From: Octopus sinensis
Taxonomy: Eukaryota
Reading direction: 5' to 3'
DNA: 64,000 nt
Assembly: GCF_006345805.1 (NCBI RefSeq)
Contig: NC_043007.1
Span: 41,416,001-41,480,000 of the forward strand
Shown: in pieces, positions 26,025 through 38,390 of the stretch
How the letters are laid out: each line of letters opens with the position of its first letter
Position numbering within the stretch: the first letter of the stretch is position 1
Notes under the pieces: generated by a model
Databases searched by the model: none
The model's input: the letters and a program-made list of their open reading frames with translations, nothing else
What the model was told of the DNA's origin: nothing
Position numbers and translations under genes: made by a program

Positions 26025-26479
26025 TACTAGGGTTGATTTATTTAACCAGATCCTTCAAGGTAGTGCCCTTGCATAGCTACAGTCTAACTCCTGAAATGAG
26101 TAAAAGAAAAGATACAATGAATACATTTAGGGGACTGCATGAGTTGTTATGTTGCCTCTTTGTCCTATGTCATGACCTATTAGAAAGTGGTGTAGGGGAA
26201 GAGACATCATACCTGAGGCCAAAAATTTTCTGGAATATGAAAAAAAAAATGCTTGGATATAGATGTAGTCATGGATATATGATAAAGAAAATTGCATTGC
26301 AAGCTCAGGGTTTCAAGTTCAATCCTGCAGCATAGCACCTTCAGCAAATGTCATCTACTATACTGTATAACAAAATTTTTATTTATTTATTGTCTTTGGT
26401 CAGTAAGTGCTATTTCTTATTTGCTTTTGTCTAGAAGTTCAGTAAAAAAAAAAAAGAAATCAATATGCATACGTACATA

Positions 26480-26720
26480 CAAGGCAGTGAGCTAGTAGAA
26501 TCGTTAGCATGCCAAGCAAAATGCTTAACGGTATTTCGTCTGCCGCTACATTCTGAGTTCAAATTCCGCCAAGGTTAATTTTGCCTTTTGCCTTTCATCC
26601 TTTCGGGGTTGATTAAATAAGTACCAGTTACACACTGGGGTCGATGTAATCGACTTAGTCCCTTTGTCTGTCCTTGTTTGTCCCCTCTATGTTTAGCCCC
26701 CTGTGGGCAATAAAGAATTA
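26480..26720 (+). mobile_element. Family B SINE, near full length
   Basis: ggcagtgagctagtagaatcgttagc...gcctttcatcctttcggggttgattaaataagtacc...ccctgtgggcaataaag. Confidence 0.85.
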
Positions 26721-26859
26721 AATATGCATACATACTAGGAGTTTGTTTGATAAACCAAATGCATCAAGGTTGTGCCCCAGCATGGCCACAGTCCAGTGAC
26801 TGAAACAAGTAAAACATTAAAGACTAACAAGTAAGAAGCTTTTAAAAACTAGACACAGA

Positions 26860-27460
26860 AACAGCCATGTGGTAAAAAGCTTGCTTTCCAACCACATGAT
26901 TCCAGGTTCAGTCTCACTGCATGGCACCTTGGGCAAGTGTCTTCTGCTATAGCTTTGGGCCAACCAAAGCCTTGTGAGTAGATTTGGTAGACAGAAACTG
27001 TAAGAAGCCCGTCATATATATATATATACATATATGTGTGTGTGTCTGTATTTGTCCTCCCACCATCACTTGACAACTGATGTTGGTGTGTTTACATCCC
27101 CCATAACTTAGCAGTTTGGCAAAAGAGATCAATAGAATAAGTACTGGGCTTAACCCTTTCGTTACTGTATTTATTTTGAGATGCTCTGTGTTTCTTTCAA
27201 TTACTTTTAAATATAACAAAGAATTTAGAAAAATAACTTAGTTATCATTAAGCTTGTGTTAGGAACATAAATGGCAACTAAGGTTTGGTGGAAGATTTCA
27301 ATTCAGAACTTTTGAAAACAAGACATTTGTACTCAGAGCCGGTTTCAGCCGGGTTGGTAATAAAAGGGTTAAAAAGAATAAGTCCTGGGGTCGATTTGTT
27401 TGACTAAAGGCGGTGCTCCAGCATGGCTTCAATCAAATGACTGAAACAAGTAAAAGAATT
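26860..27460 (+). mobile_element. Family A SINE interrupted by a TTAA MITE
   Basis: Head at 26860 and tail at 27373-27460; sequence is continuous across the insertion. Confidence 0.8.
27154..27368. mobile_element. piggyBac-like MITE, 215 bp, TTAA target duplication
   Basis: TTAA(27150)ccctttcgttac ... gtaataaaagggTTAA(27369). Confidence 0.85.
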
Positions 27461-27749
27461 CCCATTCAGGGATGAAGCTTGAAAAAAATTTTGCATTTCT
27501 TGATAAAATTTCTCACAGAATCTCAACCCAGCCCCATCTTCTTTTATTGGTACTTTTTTCCCTATCCTATTCCAATCCCATGTTTCCAGAAGCATACCAC
27601 CTCTACATAATTACCACCAGGGGTTTATGTCTGGAGGAACAGTAAGAATCTTTTGCAAACTTGGTAAGTTAATGTAAGGAACATACAGCAAAATATAAGG
27701 GTTAAAAAAAAAACTATTTGTGTGAATAGTGGGAGAGATATGGCTTTGT

Positions 27750-28320
27750 ATGTATGTATGTATGTTTGTGTGGGGGTGTGGGCGTTATATATGTATGTGT
27801 GTGTATAAAAGTGTGGGTTGTGTATGATGCCTGTGCATGTGTATTAGTATGCAAAGGTTACATGGTGTGTGTGTGTGTGTGCACGTATGTGGAGTTATAT
27901 GCTGTATGTGAGGTGTTTGTGTGTGTGTGAAGTTGTATGATGTATGTGTAAAGTGTATGGTGTGTGTGTGATAATGTGATGCACTTCACAGTGTATGTGT
28001 GTGTGTGCATGGGTAAGTGTTTGATGAATGAGCGTGTGAGAGAGTAAGAGGAGTGTATAGCATATGTATGTGCATTGTATGTATATTTGGTCGTGGGTCT
28101 CTGAGGAATGTATAGTGTGCATATGTATATGTATGCATTGCTGTTATGGTGTGTGTGCTTGATAGTGTGTTTATGTGGGATGTGTGGGTATAGGAGTGTT
28201 ATGGTGGATGTGTGTATGTGGTGTAAGATGTGTGTGTGAATGTGCGTGTGCATGCATGTGTGTGTGTTTATGTGTATATAGTGCATGTGTGTTTGTGTGA
28301 CATACCTAATAATGAGAGAT
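27750..28320. repeat. Cryptic (TG)-rich low-complexity block
   Basis: Directly visible; source of the His/Thr-rich minus-strand ORFs. Confidence 0.9.
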
Positions 28321-29113
28321 TGTTAGATATTTGCTTGATTTTCAATGAGTGAACGCAAATATACAGTATTGTGGGTGTGTGTGTACTCGTGTTTATTTAA
28401 CTATTGATTGTGTGTATGTGTGTATATCAAATATATTTTTGTCTGTCTGTTGGCTATGAAAATGAATGTTAGCGAGAGAGAGAGAGAGAGAGAGAGAGTT
28501 ATAGGCTTGTGACTGCATGGTTGAATTTTCTGTGTGTGAATGTATGTCATGCGTGAAGGTATATATGTATTTGTCTTGCTGTTAACTGTAGGTGTACATG
28601 TGTGTGCATATGCTTGTGAACAAATAAATGAGTGACTGTGTGTGTGTGTGTGTGTGTTATATGAGTATTATATATTCTATATATGTTTCTGTTTGACAAA
28701 CAATGCAACAATCCATTTAATACGTACACACACATAAAAACAAGCATGTACACATACATACATACATACGTACATACATATGCACATGTGTACAAACAAA
28801 TACATGCATGTACATGCACATACATAAATATACTTTTTATACGACTTGCCATCATATAAATTGTTGATGTTGTTTAACCCTAGGTCAAGCTTAATTGAAG
28901 AAACCTGCAATTAAGAACATTTCAACAATAGCCTTCCTGTTTTTTCTCAGACAGTTCATGTAGGACTATACTTATCCAACATGTCTTTTCTTTATTAAAT
29001 GGTAAGATGTATAATTTGACGGAAAATTGGCTGCTGCTTTTAGTGTGTTCAATGACCATGTAGAGGCTCCCTCCCAAGGAGGGTTTTAAAAGTCCAAATA
29101 CACATTAAATAAA

Positions 29114-29205
29114 TACTGTAAATATGGTATCCCTACTTCGCGGAAATTCAGTTATCACAGCCGGTCTCGGAACCAATCTACCGCGATAAACAAGGGATCA
29201 CTGTA
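29114..29205 (-). mobile_element. Tigger-like MITE end
   Basis: Minus strand TA-cagtgatcccttgtttatcgcgg, a Tigger-type TIR; truncated. Confidence 0.55.
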
Positions 29206-29329
29206 TGTTGAAATATTTGCTATATTTAGTTATGTCTTTTACATTCTGAGTTCAAATCATGCCTAAATTAACAGAACCCATTATTTTTCCCCTGGTTGAT
29301 AACCAGGGTTGATAACATGGTGTATTAGT

Positions 29330-29830
29330 CAAATACTGAGATTGATTTAATTAATTATCTCCTTTCCCAAATTACTGATCTAGTTGTTTTATTTAAAATA
29401 TTATTACATTATTAAAATTAGTGGAATGGTAAATTCACCTGAGAGTCATTATTTGTTCTGATTCTTAACGTTCTGAGTTTAAATTCCACTAAGATAAACT
29501 TTGTCTTCCATCAATTTGGGGTTGATAAAATAAAGTACCAATCAGATATTGCAGTTGATGTAATCAACTACTCCCCTTCCCGCTTAGAAATTTCAGGCCT
29601 TCTACCTGTAGTAGAAAGAATTATTATCAAGGCAGTGAGCTGGCAAAATGCTTAGCAGCATTTCATCCATCTTTGTGTTCTGTGTTCAAATTCCGCCAAG
29701 GTCAACTTTTCCTTTCATCCTTTTGGGGTTGATAAATTAAGTACTAGTTGAGTACTGGGGGTCGATGTAATCGACTAGTCCCCTCCCCCAAAATTTCAGG
29801 CCTTGTGCCTGTTGTAGAAAGGATTATTAT
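29330..29830 (+). mobile_element. Family B SINE cluster
   Basis: Repeated gagttcaaattc...cctttcatcctttt..ggttgataaa..aagtac with (ATT)n tails. Confidence 0.7.
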
Positions 29831-31095
29831 TATTATCATCACCATCATCATTATCATCACATCAGTGATTTAGTGGAATCAATAGAGCATTAGACAAAAT
29901 ACCTTCTAGTATTTACTTGTGCCCCTATACTTCTGCTGAAGATGTCTTTGCCTCTCACCAAGAAGTTAAGTCCCTGTCAAGTAATGCTGTTTCATCATCA
30001 ACATCATCATCATCATCATTGAAGAAATGATAACAGCTGATATATTTATCTAAAGTAGGAATCAGCATTTTTTTTTTTGTAATTGCTTACTTTTGTTTTA
30101 TTTACATTTGCTGATTGTCCACCTGTATAATAATATATCATATGTCACATGCACAAATACGTACACATAACACCAACCACCACCACCACCACCACCATTG
30201 CCATCACTGACAACATTTATGTCAGCAAAAATTAAACAAATCACGACATAAAAGACTATCTGAAAGTCATCAAAAGCTCAATTTTACAAATGCATTAAAT
30301 TTGGAAAAATGATTCTAAAAATTGCCCACAGAAGACACATCACTGGTTTATCAATTACTGACCCCAGGTCTGATGTCTCATAATGTTGTTGAAAAATGTA
30401 CAGTTAAATACACAACAACATATGATCTACCCCTTTTCCATTTTAAGTTCAAGTACCATTGAGTCATCTTCGTGTTTCATCTCTTTCTCTCTCCCTAGCC
30501 TTCAGAACTATTACTTTACTGAAGAATATGTCTATCCCTTCAAAATTGATGCTGAGACCCTGTGGAAATTCCACATTTTATAAATGTTCTTATTTCTATT
30601 TTAAATATATTAGACCTATTAAATATAATAGTTTGGGTATGAATACAAAATACATATATATGTATACATGCAAAATGAGAGAAAGCAAAAGGTGGAGACT
30701 TTCAGTTGATGAATCTTAAAGTATGAATATATAGATATTTATATTAATAGGTCCAACTTACACAGAGTACAAATGACTGAGAAAATTAAAGGGGTGGAAG
30801 AAAGGTTTTATAAGTCCAACAGCTGTTTTTAGGGATTTGGAGATCCATAATAATGTTGGTAGATTATATTTCTATTTCAATGCAGAAATTCATAGATTTT
30901 CATAACATTGTTTCTTTTGCAAAAGATTTCAATTATCTTTGATTTTGAGGTCGTTGGAAGTACGATAATTTAATTTTGTTTCATTATGTTAAAAACTTCC
31001 ATTATGTCTTCAGTTTTCCTCCATAGTTTTTGAATTTGAAAGTACAATACTCAATACGATCTTGTTTCACTGTGTTTAATTATGACAGAAAGTGT

Positions 31096-31381
31096 TTGCA
31101 AGTTTATAATGCATGAACGAGACTGATATTCTGCATTGCAGCAGAACATGGACCAGTCAGACAGTCTGCACTTTAATGCAATGTGTATCACTTAGATATT
31201 TTGCACTGTAAGGCAGCATATATCAGATGAGATAAACTGCACTGCAATGCATTGTACATAACTTGGGTAGTCTGCATTCTAATGCAGATTGCATCATTTG
31301 GGTAATCTGCACTATAATGCAATGAATATCAGTTGGACAATCTGCACTATAATGCAGTGTGTACCAGTTGAACAGTCTGCA
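31096..31381. repeat. Diverged 35-bp minisatellite (~8 units) with palindromic core CTGCA-N6-TGCAG
   Basis: Unit starts at 31131, 31166, 31201, 31237, 31272, 31307, 31342 and 31377. Confidence 0.85.
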
Positions 31382-33029
31382 ATCTCCCACAATATGAGTT
31401 AGGAGGTTAACATTATATTATAGCATGCATTGTTGAATATTTTATCCCAAACACACTATGTTTGATTTGAAGTAATAAACAAATACATAGATGTCATCAC
31501 AAATTTCCCTAATTATCCAACCAGGCAATACCCACAACTACACAACCTTATCCCAACCACATCACACCACCACCCAAATTCTTTTCCATATTTAGCAGAG
31601 AGTTCAATGCACAAACACATCTTGGTAGAAAAACAAAGCTGATAACAAAAGCGGTGACACCATAGTTTTATAACCAAACTAATTTTACATATTTAACAAT
31701 GGATACTTGTCTCACCAAGCTAATTACATTAACTTTTCTCTTTACATCACATTCTGTTCCATATAACTATATATAACTATCTTAATCTCATTGCATGTCT
31801 AACATTCTTGTAACTATTTTCATTGCGAGACCCTTAAATATCACCATCATAACTCACACATCACCCCCGCCTCACCCCAAAATATAATTCCGCTAAAAAA
31901 TACTTTAAAGAATGTCTCAGGAATATCATAAAATCATAAATATATCTTAATACTTAGTGCCTGAGAGAATTTTGTAATAACAATTCTAAAGCTTAACAAA
32001 AGCTCAGCCAAATCAGCACTACACAGATTCATCACTTTCCTATGCACAACACCAAAAATTCTTAAAAGACACATTTATATATATATATGTATATATATAC
32101 ATGTATATATGTATATATATATATGTATATATGTATATATATATATATATATATATAAATGATCCTTACATTCTTCCTTTCAATTCCAAATATCTACCCA
32201 CAAATAGTACCATCTTAAGGCATAACATACTGGGAAGTTGTCTGGTGGGATCACAGGTCTAGGGTCTCAATACTAATCTATATATATATTGTGACTTGAT
32301 GTAACTAAATACTAAATACTCTAGGTCCCAGTCAATAACTGTATTCCTCTTTAAATACTATAGGCTCCAGTGCATTGTTTTGCTTGGGAACTTATGCTGT
32401 TTAAGATGGCCCTACTCACAAACCTCTCACAGAGAATCGTATTGGGATTAACAATGAAAATGTATAAGATACATCATTCTTTCATCAACACCAGTACAGC
32501 AGTTGATTTCTATTTCTTGTTACACATTTATAAACAAAGTATTGGCTGTGTGGTAAAGAGGCTTGCTGTGTAATTATGTGGTTTTGAGTTCAGTTCCGCT
32601 ATGTGGCATTGTAGGCAGGTGTCCTCTGCTATATCCCAGACTGACCAATGCCTTGTGAGTGAATTTGGTTGGCAGAAACTGTGTGGAAGCTTGTTATGTA
32701 TGTGTGTGTGGGGTGAAGGCACATGACCTAGAAGTTAGGGTGTTGCACACATGATTGCTAGGTCAGAGTTCAATTCCCAGACTGACATGTTTTGTTTCTG
32801 AGCAAAACACTTCATTTCTCATTGCGCTGTAGGTGGCAGAATCTTTGGTGCATCAGCAGGGATTCTTCTGGCTTTCTACATTCTGAGTTCAAATCCCACC
32901 TCCCTGGGAAACCACTCCAGTATTCAACCCAAGCCTCATCATGGTGGCCAGGACTACTTAATAGCAGCAAGGGAGGGTACTACTTAAGAGCAGACCACCA
33001 CTAGACTGTATGTATGTATGTCATCATCA

Positions 33030-33260
33030 TCATCATTATCATCATCATCATTTAACATGTGTTGTCCATGCTGGCATAGGTTGGACGGTTTGACTGGGCT
33101 GGCATGCTAGAAGGCTGCACCAGATTCCAGTCTGATTTGGCATGGTTTTCTATGGCTGGATACCCTTCCTAATGCCAACCACTCCGAGAATGTAATGGGT
33201 GCTTTTACATGCCACCAGCATGGGTGCCATTTGCATGACACCAGGGTGTGTTTATGTGTC
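33030..33260 (-). mobile_element. Family C element
   Basis: (CAT)n plus ccatgctggcataggttggacgg...cccttcctaatgccaaccactcc. Confidence 0.8.
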
Positions 33261-33284
33261 ACTGGCATTTGTATGTATGGGTAA

Positions 33285-33610
33285 AGGCACATGGCTCAGT
33301 GGTTAGAACTTTGGGCTCACAATCACGAGGTGCTGAATTTGATTCCCGGGCCGAGCTGCATGTTGTGTTCTTTATTTCACATTGCTCCAGTTCACTCAGC
33401 TGTAGAAATGAGTTGCAACAATGTCACTGGTGCCAAGCTGTATCAACCTTTGTCTTTCCCTTGGATAACATCAGTGGCATGGAGAGGGAAGGTTGGTATG
33501 CATTAGCAACTGCTGGTCTTCCACAAACAACCTTGCCCAGACCTGTGCCTCAGAGGTGAACATTTTAAGTACAATACCATGGTCATTCATGACCGAAGGG
33601 GGTCTTTATG
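33285..33610 (+). mobile_element. Family D SINE
   Basis: Homologous to 10655-10995 in the opposite orientation. Confidence 0.8.
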
Positions 33611-33635
33611 TATATATCTGTATGTATGTATGTGT

Positions 33636-33945
33636 GGAGGCACAATGGCCCAGTGGTTAGGACTCGCGGTCGGGGGATCGCAGTTTTGATTCCCAGACCA
33701 GGCATTGTGTGTGTTTATTGAGCGAAGACACCTAAAAGCTCCACGAGGCTCTGGCAGGGGTGGGGGCGACCCCTGTTGTATTCTTTTGCCCCAACTTTCT
33801 CTCACTCTTTCTTCCTGTTTCTTGAGTAATGCTGCGATGGACTGGCATCCCATCCAGCTGGGGGGAATACATATGTCATAGAAACCGGGAAACCGGGCCC
33901 ATGAGCCTGGCTAGGCTTGAAAAGGCGCATAAATAAACAAATAAA
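33636..33945 (+). mobile_element. tRNA-derived SINE with Meta/V-like domain (family E)
   Basis: ggaggcacaatggcccagtggttagg A-box, ttttgattccc B-box, gctgcgatggactggcatcccatccag domain; a 3' fragment also occurs at about 39190-39290. Confidence 0.7.
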
Positions 33946-34770
33946 ATGTATGTATGTGTATGTGATTGCATATATCCCAACCCACCTACTGCTTGACAAC
34001 TGGTGTTGGTTTGTTTACGTTACTGTAGCCAAGTGGTTCAGCAAAAGACAGTGATATAATAAGTACCAGATCTAAAAATAAGTGGTGGTGGGGCACAATT
34101 TGTTTGACTAAATCCTGCAAGTAAAAGATAAAAAACCATATATCTTATTCCTTCATCTCTCTTCTACTCTTTTACTACTTTCTCTGTCTATATATATATA
34201 TATCTTATGATAAAAGGCAGATTTTCTCTGCCTCCCACATAGTTTGTTTTTAATACAATTGTACAATATAGAATTTCTTCAATTGGAATTTACCTATGAT
34301 TTTTTGAAGTAGATTCGATTGGGTCATGGCATATACATTTTTTTCAATTTCACCCCCAATTCAGCAAAAATTCGAGAAAACTCAATATTTTACGATTTGC
34401 CTCTCTCATTTCAAATGCTTTACTCCTGCTATTACCACACTTTCTCCTACAGATCACACATTCTTCTACTTTCTCTTATTAATGCGTAAACCAATCCTCA
34501 AAAAAAAAAAAAAGGAAACAGAGATCTGTCGCTAACTTTTGGTAGTATTCATTGGCGAGCGTACTTCAGTTGTCAATTGTTGAAAGAAAGAAATTGTAAG
34601 CTAAGAAGGTGTGCGTGCATGCGTGTGTGTGTGTGTGTGTGTGTAGGAAGTGAAGGATAAAAATATGGCAAGAAGTGGACAGATGTACATATATACATAC
34701 ATACATCCATACATACATACATGTGTGTGTGTGTGTGGGTGTATGTATGTGTATTAATGTGTGTGTGTTA

Positions 34771-35161
34771 TCTCTCTCTATATAAAGCTGAAGTTGTCTG
34801 TGTGTGGCAGGTTTGGTAGCCTTCAACTAACACTATCTCCTCCGAGACCCTGTGGCGCAAGTTGACCAATATTGAGAGTATGATAGAAGAAGGGTTGCTC
34901 TTCCTTCCATAGAAGATAAAATTAAAATCGGATCACGTTAACACCAAAAATTATCTATATCAAAAAGGTGCTTTTTTCTATGAAAATCCCTATTTTTTAC
35001 GATTTTTTCACTGCTGTGTCGCCACTTTTCGGTATATTTCAACCAGAAAAATGTTCACTTGAAGAGAATAACAAGCTACATAATGAAAAATTTTTACTTT
35101 TCAAAAATTCCAATTCCAGCGGGTCAAAACAAACCCGAGCAACGCCAGGCGATACTGCTAG
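34771..35161 (+). mobile_element. Non-autonomous Helitron
   Basis: Inserted between A and T; 5' TC..tctatataaagctgaag..tgtctgtgtgtg; 3' GC-rich hairpin-like cccgagcaacgccaggcg shortly before terminal CTAG (35158-35161). Confidence 0.75.
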
Positions 35162-35264
35162 TATATATATATAGCTCTTCCCCACCCATTCAGACCTATT
35201 CTTACTTTACATTCTCTTTCAGTAATTCCTATATTTCTTTAGCCACACTATCTTTATCTCTACG

Positions 35265-35309
<45 letters not shown>

Positions 35310-35891
35310 CTCTCTCTCTCTTTCTTTCTTCCTTTCTTTATTTATTTCTCTCTCTTTCTCTCTCTCTCTCTCTTTCTTTCTTCCTTTCTTTATTTATTTC
35401 TCTCTCTCTCTCTCTCACACACACATGCACACAAATACTGTATTCCCCAGTCTCTTACACTTATTACTCCCTTACACTCTCTTTGGGAGTCTCTAGTTTC
35501 CTCTCTCTCTCTCTTGAACATTCATTCTATTACTCTCTGTTTATCTGCATGTCAACCTGCTTGCTTCTCTCTCTCTCTCTCTCTCCAATATTTAAACTGC
35601 GTGCTGTTGCTCTTCCTTTGAGAAAGTATTAAAATACTCCATTGTTGTTGTTGCTGTCATATTGTAGATTTAAGAATCTCTGTTAAGTTACTGTCACACT
35701 CTGAGTACAGATATGCCAAAAGACATATTCATAAAATACATCTTGTCATGAGCTGACTTTTTGTTTTTTGAATGAGATTAATCTGTCAGCTGATATACTA
35801 ATACTTCCTTTTTATCATTCATTAAACATTCATTAGTCATTTATTATTATTATTATTATCATTGTTGTTGTTGTTGCTGTTATTATTATTA

Positions 35892-35923
<32 letters not shown>

Positions 35924-36478
35924 GAGTGAGAGAGCAGTGCATGCCATCAAAGTGACGCTGGGGTAAAATATACGAAGCCCAGTATACCCATCATGACTAC
36001 CCGTCTGATAAGGGTACACTAGGCACATGCATCACAACCATATGTGCGCGACATAGTGATCTCATATCAAGATAAACAGCACATGACCTTGCAGGTGGGG
36101 CCCAGTTAGAATTTTCTTCTGGTCGAGTAGTCCATCCCGCTCAAAAGGTCCCTGAATAAGGGTTGTTTAAGGATGTTGAACAAAACACTCATGTTTCCAG
36201 AGGTAAATTATTCAAACCACAAAGAATCCCTCTCAACACATGGCTATGATGCTCCCCCACTACTTCTGCTCATGATCAGAGATGCACATATCGTCAGCCA
36301 CTAAGGGGCATGCTCAACTGGTTAAGGTCAAACAACTGACAAGCAAATCTGTGGTATTGAGCAGAATATTTGCTGTAGCCCATCTTTTATACCAAGATAA
36401 AACAATGTACATGATAACACTTCCAATCAGTTAAGATCAGAAGCCATGAGAGCCACTGCCTGGTACTGCATCAGGGCA

Positions 36479-36480
<2 letters not shown>
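35924..36480 (-). mobile_element. 557-bp non-coding element embedded in (TAA)n
   Basis: Sharp boundaries with (TTA)n on both sides; no ORF; 5' hairpin actgcc..ctg/cag..gcagt. Possibly a non-autonomous R4/Dong derivative (inference). Confidence 0.65.
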
Positions 36481-36527
<47 letters not shown>

Positions 36528-36542
36528 TATTATTATTATTAT

Positions 36543-36976
36543 ATGAAAACTCACAGCTTATTTTGCTGGGTATGATGGAAAATGTCACCTATTCACAGCC
36601 AGCAGACTAAGGTGACACTTGTTTACTGGCTATGCTTCAAGAACCCTGTGGAGAATTCAAGCAGTTCCAAGCAATGCTGATTTTTGTAGGTGTTCTACCG
36701 TCACGCGTTCACTGCCCTTTTTCAGCCATGTTGGTAGTTGAGTGTTGATACTTCCAAGTGCACCAATTACTATTGGCATTGCATCTACTCTCTTCATTGA
36801 CCACAAACTTTGTATTTCACACTTTAAATCATCATAGTTGTTTATTTTTTCTTCATCTTTCACATTGATCTTGTTGTCAATGGGGCATGCTATGTCAATT
36901 ATTATACATGTTATTTCATTTTTATTCACCACAACAATGTCCGGTTTGCTATGTCTGGTCAAGTGATCGCACATTA

Positions 36977-36980
<4 letters not shown>
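36543..36980 (-). mobile_element. 5'-truncated R4/Dong-clade non-LTR retrotransposon (RLE domain plus 3' UTR)
   Basis: ORF 36657-36980 KPDIVVVNK..CIIIDIACP..KINNYDDLKCEIQSLW..PIVIGALG..LQKSALLGTA*ILHRVLEA has the PD-(D/E)xK restriction-like endonuclease pattern; (TAA)n on both sides. Confidence 0.85.
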
Positions 36981-37030
<50 letters not shown>

Positions 37031-37031
<1 letters not shown>

Positions 37032-38390
37032 GACAGTGAGCTGATAGAATCATTAGCCAACCAGACAAAATGCTTCATAGAATTTCGTCCTCAGTTCAAA
37101 TGCTGCCAAAACCAACTTTGTCTTTTATCCTTTCAAAATTGATAAAATAACCACCAGTAAAGCACTGGGGTCTATGTAATCGACTAACCCCAACCCTCGA
37201 AATTGCTGGTCTTGTGCCAAAATTTGAAAACAAAGGTAGCGAGCTGGCAGAATTGTTAGCACAGTGGGCAAATTGCTTAGTAGTATTTCATCTGTCATTA
37301 CATTCCAAGTTCAAATTCTGCTGAGGCTGACTTTACCTTTCATCCTTTCAGGGTCAATAAAATAAGTAGCATTTGAACACTGAGGTCAATGTAATTGACT
37401 AACCCCCTCCCACAAATTTGAGGCCTTGTGCCTATAGTAGAAAACATTGTTATTATTATTGAGTTGACATAATTGTTAGAGCATCAGGAAAATGCTTAGC
37501 AGCATTTATTCCAGAGTTTTAATCTTTCAGAGCCAATAAAGTAAGTACCAGTTGAGCATTAGCTGTTCAATGTAATTGATTTACCCCTCCCGTCAAATTG
37601 CTCAAATTGCTGGCCTGGTGCTAAAATTAGAATTATTATTATTACTATTGAGCTGGTAGAATTGTTAGAATGTCAGAAAAATGCTTTGCAGTATTTCTTC
37701 CAGCTCGTTACGTTCTGAGTTCAAATTCCACTAAGGTCACCTTTGTCATTCATCCTTTAGAGGTCAATAAAATAAAGCACCAATCAAGTAAAGTGACTAA
37801 ACCTTTCTCCTAAAATTGCTGGCTTTGTGCCAAAATTTGCAACAATTCTTATTAATGAAGGGGCAGTTGGCGGAATCATTAGAACATCAGACAAAATGCT
37901 TTGCAATACTTGTTCTAGGTCTTTATATTCTAAGTTCAAATTCTACCACGATTAACTTTGTTTTGCCTCCTTGCTGGGTTAATACAGTGTTAATCAAGTA
38001 CTGGAGTGGGGTAGATTTTATTGGGTAACTCCAATTCCCTGCAAATTCCAGTCCTTGTGCTTATGCTAAAAATAATTCATATAATGGAATGACAGAACCA
38101 CAGAAAATTCTTTGTAATAGTTGATGTGGCTCTTTAGGCTTTGAGCTCAGACTTTGCCATGGTCGACTTCACCTTTTATCTTTGCAGGGTCAATAGAATA
38201 AAGAACCAGTCAAATACTGGGCTCAAAATTGCTGGCTTTGTGCCTAAATTAGAAACAATTATTATTGGGGTGATAAATTGGCAGAATCATTAGAATATTG
38301 GAGAAAATATCTTGCAGTGTTTAATTATGAATCTTTACATTATGAGTACAAATTCTGTGGTCATCGACTTAACCTTTTATCCATCCGAGA
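37031..38390 (+). mobile_element. Train of about seven head-to-tail family B SINEs
   Basis: Units start near 37033, 37234, 37461, 37650, 37853, 38080 and 38267, most ending in ttgtgcc..aaa..(ATT)n. Confidence 0.8.

Noticed and set aside
31096-31381. CRISPR array interpretation of the 35-bp repeat
   Set aside because: Eukaryotic context, no cas genes, repeats not identical, and the variable halves are homologous to each other.
36420-36480. HDV-like ribozyme at the 5' end of the 557-bp element
   Set aside because: Only simple hairpins form; no room for P2 and no nested double pseudoknot.
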